DNA of 64,000 nt from sequence record PX418922.1. One strand, given 5' to 3'. The notes beneath the pieces were generated by a model, which made no database searches, was not told where the DNA came from, and saw only the letters and a list, made by a program, of their open reading frames with translations. Shown piece by piece: positions 59,500 to 64,000 of this stretch. This DNA is from a phage. Positions within the stretch are counted from its first letter, which is position 1. Every line of letters begins with the position of its first letter. Both the position numbers and the translations under genes were made by a program.

Positions 59500-59554
59500 T
59501 ATTTTAACTTTTTTCATTTTTAGAACAAAGGTGTCACTTTGTAGCACAGAAATA

Positions 59555-59590
59555 AGGCTCCTACAGCACCGTAGAGAGCCTGTTATTTTG
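59555..59590 (+). terminator. candidate terminator hairpin after NADAR gene
   Basis: 'aggctcctacagcaccgtagagagcct' stem-loop followed by 'gttattttg'. Confidence 0.45.
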
Positions 59591-59721
59591 TCCTATACAA
59601 ACCCTTGTCTTTTTCAGTTTGCATCACTAGGATTCGATCTAAGTAGGTTCCTGAAGGTCTACCAATAAGATTAAAGGTTATCTCAAATTACCACTACCTG
59701 TTATCTCAAAAATTCCTCAAA

Positions 59722-59919
59722 TTATTTAAACTTTTTAAGAATTTACAAAAGTGAAAGTTGAAAACCAAAATTTAAAGTTTAGGAAAATTATCTTAAAATG
59801 TCAGATACAAAACAAAACTCAAAAGTCAAGGAAAATTTTAAAAATTTTGCGCGCCCACAGTATTTAAAGTTTTTTTGCTTTTACAAAAATGAAAGTACAA
59901 AAGCAAAATTTAAAGTTTA
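59722..59919. repeat. two ~60-bp AT-rich direct repeats (iteron-like)
   Basis: 'tttacaaaagtgaaagttgaaaaccaaaatttaaagttta' (59742-59781) vs 'tttacaaaaatgaaagtacaaaagcaaaatttaaagttta' (59880-59919), each preceded by 'atttaaa[c/g]ttttt'. Confidence 0.6.
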
Positions 59920-59940
59920 CAAAAATTTATGCAGATGGGA

Positions 59941-59957
59941 ATGAGAAGAGTTCTCAT
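59941..59957. promoter_or_regulatory. perfect 7-bp inverted repeat
   Basis: 'atgagaagagttctcat'. Confidence 0.4.
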
Positions 59958-59962
59958 GTGGA

Positions 59963-59988
59963 AATGCAAATGATAATGATTCGCATTT
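59963..59988. promoter_or_regulatory. Fur-box-like palindrome 1
   Basis: 'aaatgcaaatgataatgattcgcattt' contains GATAATGAT matching first half of Fur consensus GATAATGATAATCATTATC. Confidence 0.4.
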
Positions 59989-60024
59989 AGGTTTATAAAT
60001 GAGATTGATTCTTATTTAATAAAG

Positions 60025-60047
60025 TAAATGATAATCATTCTCATTTA
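60025..60047. promoter_or_regulatory. Fur-box-like palindrome 2
   Basis: 'taaatgataatcattctcattta' matches Fur consensus at about 16/19 positions and is near-palindromic. Confidence 0.5.
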
Positions 60048-60304
60048 GAGAATGACGCGCAGGGGCGGTGTTTGTCTCGCGCTCCCGTGTCCCCTCGCCA
60101 TGTACTAAGAATAACAGATCCAGCCAGGAAAGCAAGCGATTATTTTATCTTTACATTTCTTTACAAATATATAGCGCCCAGCCTACCGGCGATCAACCTT
60201 CCAACCAGTGCCCCTGGTATGTTAGCCCCGCCTTTACGCCGTGGGGTGGCGCTTCCTCTTCTGTATGTAAAACAGTATAAGCCCTATCCCTGGGCTTGTC
60301 AAGA

Positions 60305-60571
60305 TTATTTTTTGTTTTCTTGCCAGGTCAGGACACCTAGCCAAAAATGAATATCACCTTTTCCCCAATGTGGTATATTGCTTTCTTTCCCACCTTCACG
60401 CGCCCAGGTAAAACCGCCCGTGTAACTTTGTAATTGATAACTATCCTCGACCTTATAATCTGATAGGTTGAGAACGGTTTCAACCTTTAAGCCCGTTGCG
60501 CTTGCTACCTGGTGCACCGTGCCGCCTTGCCAGCCCAATGAGTGCATAAGATGTAATGTAGTATTTGTCAT
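60305..60571 (-). CDS. hypothetical protein in GC-richer block
   Basis: 88-aa ORF; local composition visibly GC-richer than flanking phage DNA. Confidence 0.3.
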   Translation of the reverse strand: MTNTTLHLMHSLGWQGGTVHQVASATGLKVETVLNLSDYKVEDSYQLQSYTGGFTWAREGGKESNIPHWGKGDIHFWLGVLTWQENKK

Positions 60572-60680
60572 GGTGTCGCCCTTTCTTTGTTGTGCGCCCT
60601 GGTTGGCGCGGTAGAAAGATGATAGCCCTTTCCTTTATATATAGCAAGCAAAAAGAAAATAAAAAAGATTGAAAAAGTGG

Positions 60681-60738
60681 TTGACGTTCGCCAGGTGGCG
60701 GCATAATATTTACCACGTAGCGCGGCAATGGTGCCGCT
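60681..60738 (+). promoter_or_regulatory. early-type promoter P1 with 5' hairpin
   Basis: TTGACG-17nt-TAATAT then 'gcggcaatggtgccgc' hairpin. Confidence 0.6.
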
Positions 60739-60758
60739 CACTATTTGGAGTTAAGATC

Positions 60759-60956
60759 ATGGCAACATTGCACATTGTGGCGAAAGCTGGACAAATCAAC
60801 GTAATAGTAAACGGTTTTACTGAGTTCAGTCATCCCCAGGATGATCATGAAACGGTTTTATCTTTCATTGATTCCCTGTTAGAAATGGGAGTCATTACAG
60901 AAGACCAGCACGCTACAAAATGCAAGCGCGTTAATCAAATTGCAGGGATAGAATAA
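60759..60956 (+). CDS. hypothetical small early protein
   Basis: 65-aa ORF starting 'MATLHIV' after RBS 'ggag' (track start 60669 lies upstream of promoter). Confidence 0.5.
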   Translation: MATLHIVAKAGQINVIVNGFTEFSHPQDDHETVLSFIDSLLEMGVITEDQHATKCKRVNQIAGIE

Positions 60957-60962
60957 AAAGTA

Positions 60963-61017
60963 TTGACAACAAACAACAACCTGATAAGATGTATCACATA
61001 GGGGCGACAAGCGCCCC
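60963..61017 (+). promoter_or_regulatory. early-type promoter P2 with 5' hairpin
   Basis: TTGACA-16nt-TAAGAT 'gtatcacata' then 'ggggcgacaagcgcccc' hairpin. Confidence 0.6.
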
Positions 61018-61041
61018 GCCTAACAGAAGAGAGAAATCATC

Positions 61042-61314
61042 ATGGCATCATATAGCGCAACAATGATCGTAACTGGCACCACTGGTAAACCTATGAGCGG
61101 TGGCGGATCTTTCGCTAATATTAATATTGACGGGCGCTTATCCCTGGACGCAGCGATCACCGTGGCGCGGGAAACATTTAAGAAAGAATGTAAATTCAAT
61201 AAACAAGATTATCTCGGTTTCGCTATTGAAAAAACCGCGCGCTTTGTTGATTATAAAAGCCCGAAAATGGTTGATACTACACTGAAAGCGCAAGATGTAG
61301 CCTTTTTGCTTTAA
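61042..61314 (+). CDS. hypothetical small early protein
   Basis: 90-aa ORF 'MASYSATMIV...'. Confidence 0.5.
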   Translation: MASYSATMIVTGTTGKPMSGGGSFANINIDGRLSLDAAITVARETFKKECKFNKQDYLGFAIEKTARFVDYKSPKMVDTTLKAQDVAFLL

Positions 61315-61326
61315 GGCTTGACATTA

Positions 61327-61382
61327 ACGAATAATTTGTTAATATGTTACATAAAGCGGGAATAGTTCCCGCTATTTGTAAG
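61327..61382 (+). promoter_or_regulatory. early-type promoter P3 with 5' hairpin
   Basis: TTGACA-16nt-TAATAT then 'agcgggaatagttcccgct' hairpin. Confidence 0.6.
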
Positions 61383-61390
61383 GTGGTAGA

Positions 61391-61648
61391 ATGTTTTACA
61401 TCAAATTAAAAGGTCACGTGATCGCGTTCAAAGATAACGCTTTTTACAGATTAGCAAAATATGCGTTAATACATCCCCACTATGTTTATATAAGGGGGCG
61501 TGATGAAATAAATATTTTTGATCAAACAACATGCGAAAACATCGAGATCCGCAAGGTTGGCGTACGTGATTATCGTACATCTTTCTACCCTTGCAAGGAT
61601 TCAGCAAGTCTTTTTAAAGTATGCCAATTGTTGAAAAAAGGTGGTTAA
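61391..61648 (+). CDS. hypothetical small early protein
   Basis: 85-aa ORF. Confidence 0.5.
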   Translation: MFYIKLKGHVIAFKDNAFYRLAKYALIHPHYVYIRGRDEINIFDQTTCENIEIRKVGVRDYRTSFYPCKDSASLFKVCQLLKKGG

Positions 61649-61649
61649 T

Positions 61650-62207
61650 ATGGGCCGCGAATATGTGATCCAGTCTTGGGTAAAACATGAAGCAGATGAT
61701 CCGCGCATCATTCCCGATCATCTTATCGATGAATCCACGGGATATAGCGGTGAGCAAATAGGTAACAGATTAGCACGTAGTAACGGCAACGTAAAAGCGC
61801 GTTATGTGCGCCCTGGCTGGCTGGCAAATGGTAACGCTGATTTATCCAGTGCGGAAGATGCGAGCGACGGCGCGAAAGATAATCCTTTGTACAAAATTGA
61901 TCCGGCTTTTCGTGTCCTGGATGAATACCCCAGCAAGATAGCGGCGCTCGATCAGGCCCTGGAAAGTAAGCGCATCACCTGGACCGCTTACAACATGGCA
62001 AAAAACGTACTTGATGGTAAATTGATTCAAGCTGAAAGAAAATTAGCCAAAATTGCAGCCATAACCCAGGAGGAAGACGAGGAGACAACGGAAGAGGAAG
62101 AGTACGAAGAGATCCCGCCGTTGTTGTGTGTTGATGCTTTCCCTGATTATCAGCCGACAGAGGAAGAAAAAAGGATCGCACTAGAAAACTTTGAAAATAG
62201 TCTTTGA
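61650..62207 (+). CDS. hypothetical early protein with acidic C-terminal region
   Basis: start at ATG after RBS 'aaaggtgg' (track 61641); 'EEDEETTEEEEYEE' tract. Confidence 0.5.
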   Translation: MGREYVIQSWVKHEADDPRIIPDHLIDESTGYSGEQIGNRLARSNGNVKARYVRPGWLANGNADLSSAEDASDGAKDNPLYKIDPAFRVLDEYPSKIAALDQALESKRITWTAYNMAKNVLDGKLIQAERKLAKIAAITQEEDEETTEEEEYEEIPPLLCVDAFPDYQPTEEEKRIALENFENSL

Positions 62208-62259
62208 CATATCGCCGCCACTGGCATAATATTTACCACGTAGGGCGGCAATGGTGCCG
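62203..62259 (+). promoter_or_regulatory. early-type promoter P4 with 5' hairpin
   Basis: TTGACA-17nt-TAATAT, near-identical to P1 over ~40 bp, then 'ggcggcaatggtgccgc' hairpin. Confidence 0.6.
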
Positions 62260-62289
62260 CTCATAGTGAAATTATGCAAGAGGTTTGCA

Positions 62290-62388
62290 ATGATTAATAA
62301 AGAAAATAGCTTGACGGTTGGAACGATTAACGCTATCATTCTTGCCGTTCCATTTTGGATTGTATTAGCGGCTATTATTTTCTAAAAA
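62290..62388 (+). CDS. 32-aa hydrophobic peptide (not in supplied track)
   Basis: 'MINKENSLTVGTINAIILAVPFWIVLAAIIF' downstream of P4 with RBS 'agagg'. Confidence 0.3.
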
Positions 62389-62394
62389 ATATTC

Positions 62395-62455
62395 TTGACA
62401 ACGTTTTTTAATCTGATAAGATGTATCACATAGGGCGGCGGAATACTTCCCCGCC
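62395..62455 (+). promoter_or_regulatory. early-type promoter P5 with 5' hairpin
   Basis: TTGACA-16nt-TAAGAT 'gtatcacatagggcggcggaatacttccccgcc'. Confidence 0.6.
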
Positions 62456-62476
62456 AAAACAAAAAAGGGTAACACA

Positions 62477-62839
62477 ATGAGCAAGCAAATCAATACTATC
62501 ATGTTTAATCTGGTATCTTTCCGCGATGATATGAAAAATTTACCACGTGAAACGGTTGATATTCATGTTTCAGCTTATCGCGCCCTTATTGATATGTTAC
62601 CGCTAAAACGTGATCAACATGCCGCTAATATGATGCTTAATGCTATGCTTAAAAAGATGATTCAAACGGATCTCACCCTGGCGTATGAGTATCAAGGGCG
62701 CTTATATGCAACTTACAACAAGGCGGTACCTGGTCTGGGAAGTACCGAAGAGTTGCACGGCTTAAACCTGGATCAAAACACTTGGGATAGTATGCGCCGC
62801 GTTATGGTATGGGCCGAAAGCGGTAAAATTTACGAATAA
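62477..62839 (+). CDS. hypothetical early protein
   Basis: 120-aa ORF. Confidence 0.5.
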   Translation: MSKQINTIMFNLVSFRDDMKNLPRETVDIHVSAYRALIDMLPLKRDQHAANMMLNAMLKKMIQTDLTLAYEYQGRLYATYNKAVPGLGSTEELHGLNLDQNTWDSMRRVMVWAESGKIYE

Positions 62840-62845
62840 AAACGG

Positions 62846-62905
62846 TTGACATTGTTTAAAATTCTAGTATAGTTTACCACATAGGGCGGGAAGTGGTTTC
62901 CCGCC
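62846..62905 (+). promoter_or_regulatory. early-type promoter P6 with 5' hairpin
   Basis: TTGACA-16nt-TATAGT then 'gggcgggaagtggtttcccgcc' hairpin. Confidence 0.6.
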
Positions 62906-62927
62906 AACAATGAAAAAGGTTATCATC

Positions 62928-63293
62928 ATGGCTATTAATATTAATGTTTCCGCTTATGCTACCCTGGCTAACACGGCTAAAATTGAATTATCCAGCATTG
63001 AGGCGGTGCATATTAGCGCCCGTCGCTGGTTTCAACGGTCCTACGGTAACACATATTTTTCTTTAATGGTTGACGTTGAGATCGGCGGTAAACTGATCGA
63101 GGTGGTTAACGTTCCGTTTCAATATGGCTATGGTGATCATTTTGATACCGTCGCCCTAGAAGAGTTTAGCAAGGTTATCAACCTGGAAGGTAAAGAGTTT
63201 TCAAATTATGCCTACCTTTCCCGTTTTTGCCGTGACAATGGGATCACTGTATACAGTCATGCGAGCGATGTAAAACGTAAAAAAGATTTATAA
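62928..63293 (+). CDS. hypothetical early protein
   Basis: start placed at 'MAININ...' with RBS 'aaaaagg' (track 62910); N-terminus resembles 63713 ORF. Confidence 0.5.
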   Translation: MAININVSAYATLANTAKIELSSIEAVHISARRWFQRSYGNTYFSLMVDVEIGGKLIEVVNVPFQYGYGDHFDTVALEEFSKVINLEGKEFSNYAYLSRFCRDNGITVYSHASDVKRKKDL

Positions 63294-63299
63294 AAAGCA

Positions 63300-63358
63300 T
63301 TGACAGCACGAATAAAAAGAGTAAACTGTATTACATAGAGAGCGGGAACACTTCCCGC
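63300..63358 (+). promoter_or_regulatory. early-type promoter P7 with 5' hairpin
   Basis: TTGACA-16nt-TAAACT then 'agcgggaacacttcccgc' hairpin. Confidence 0.55.
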
Positions 63359-63382
63359 CTCACTGAAAAAGAGAGAAAAATC

Positions 63383-63622
63383 ATGGCTAAATCTAAAATG
63401 TACAACGGTCACAAAAACAAAACTCATTGGAATGTAAGCCTTTGGATTAATAACGATGAATCGTTATACCGGTTGGCCCAAGATTTTATTAACGCTAATG
63501 CTAATCGTAATGATGCGGCGCGGGATATGATGCTTTTTCTGGAACAAACTGGACAAGATAAAACGCCAGACGGTTTCAAATATAGCACTACTGCGATCCG
63601 TGCCGCGATGGTTGGAATGTAA
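63383..63622 (+). CDS. hypothetical small early protein
   Basis: 79-aa ORF. Confidence 0.5.
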   Translation: MAKSKMYNGHKNKTHWNVSLWINNDESLYRLAQDFINANANRNDAARDMMLFLEQTGQDKTPDGFKYSTTAIRAAMVGM

Positions 63623-63631
63623 TAAAAACAG

Positions 63632-63691
63632 TTGACAACGTTTAAAATTAGTGTAAGATGTATCACATAGGGCGGGAAGTGGTTTCCCGCC
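63632..63691 (+). promoter_or_regulatory. early-type promoter P8 with 5' hairpin
   Basis: TTGACA-16nt-TAAGAT then 'gggcgggaagtggtttcccgcc' hairpin (identical to P6 hairpin). Confidence 0.6.
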
Positions 63692-63712
63692 AAAACAAAG
63701 AGATTAAAGATT

Positions 63713-63940
63713 ATGGCTATCAATATTGTTCGCGTATCCGGCACCGTTGGCACTTCCCAGGTTATTGCAGTTGTAACAAACAAAAAGATTAATGATGTAT
63801 GTGAGATCTTGAATAAGTGGGCTATTGCTAATTTTGGGGAATATGCAAGCGTCGAGTACATCGAATCCTACCAGGTGCCAACCATCAGCCTAACCGATCT
63901 CAACGTTGATCGCCTGTTATGCCTGGATGAATTGATCTGA
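63713..63940 (+). CDS. hypothetical small early protein
   Basis: 75-aa ORF 'MAINIVRVSG...'. Confidence 0.5.
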   Translation: MAINIVRVSGTVGTSQVIAVVTNKKINDVCEILNKWAIANFGEYASVEYIESYQVPTISLTDLNVDRLLCLDELI

Positions 63941-63949
63941 AAAAGATTG

Positions 63950-64000
63950 TTGACACCGGAAAGAAAAAGAGTAAACTGTATTACGTAGGGCGGCAATGGT
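63950..64000 (+). promoter_or_regulatory. early-type promoter P9 (hairpin truncated by window end)
   Basis: TTGACA-16nt-TAAACT 'gtattacgtagggcggcaatggt'. Confidence 0.5.

Noticed and set aside
59590-59720. Possible tRNA in the non-coding region ('ggattcgatc' T-loop-like string)
   Set aside because: No acceptor stem or anticodon arm could be paired by eye; cloverleaf not supported
60068-60350. Two overlapping plus-strand ORFs (70 and 92 aa) in the GC-richer block
   Set aside because: Pro/Ser-rich low-complexity translations without convincing RBS; the region is more plausibly non-coding or regulatory, though a real moron gene cannot be excluded
1-64000. CRISPR array or integrase/transposase-type mobile elements
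   Set aside because: No regularly spaced short direct repeats with unique spacers, and no recombinase or transposase motifs were seen; the repeats present are promoter cassettes and iteron-like elements

Overview
This window looks like part of a large virulent tailed dsDNA phage of a Gram-negative (probably enterobacterial) host, AT-rich with densely packed genes. All calls are from reading the sequence and ORF track by eye; no database search or computation was run. Layout: (i) 1-18.2 kb, plus strand: tail/baseplate/tail-fibre module with a P2-like J-I-fibre-chaperone order and at least five fibre or spike-like proteins, one collagen-like, closed by rho-independent terminators. (ii) 18.2-53.4 kb, minus strand: replication and nucleotide metabolism (SSB-like, T7-like family A DNA polymerase, T7 gp4-like primase-helicase, N6-adenine methyltransferase, UvrD-like helicase, anaerobic RNR NrdD/NrdG), a four-gene glycosyltransferase cluster, a SleB-like cell wall hydrolase, and many small hypothetical genes. 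(iii) Embedded at 31.2-41.4 kb is the most striking content: a Ter-like stress-response module (TerD, vWA TerY-like, TelA-like, TerC) flanked by PRTase, HAD and macro-like genes. (iv) 53.5-59.5 kb, plus strand: small early-type genes, an AAA+ ATPase, a Zn-ribbon protein and a NADAR-like protein. (v) 59.5-60.7 kb: non-coding direct repeats, Fur-box-like palindromes and a GC-richer block. (vi) 60.7-64 kb: nine near-identical sigma70-type promoters, each followed by a GC-rich 5' hairpin and a small gene. No tRNA, rRNA or CRISPR array was recognised.
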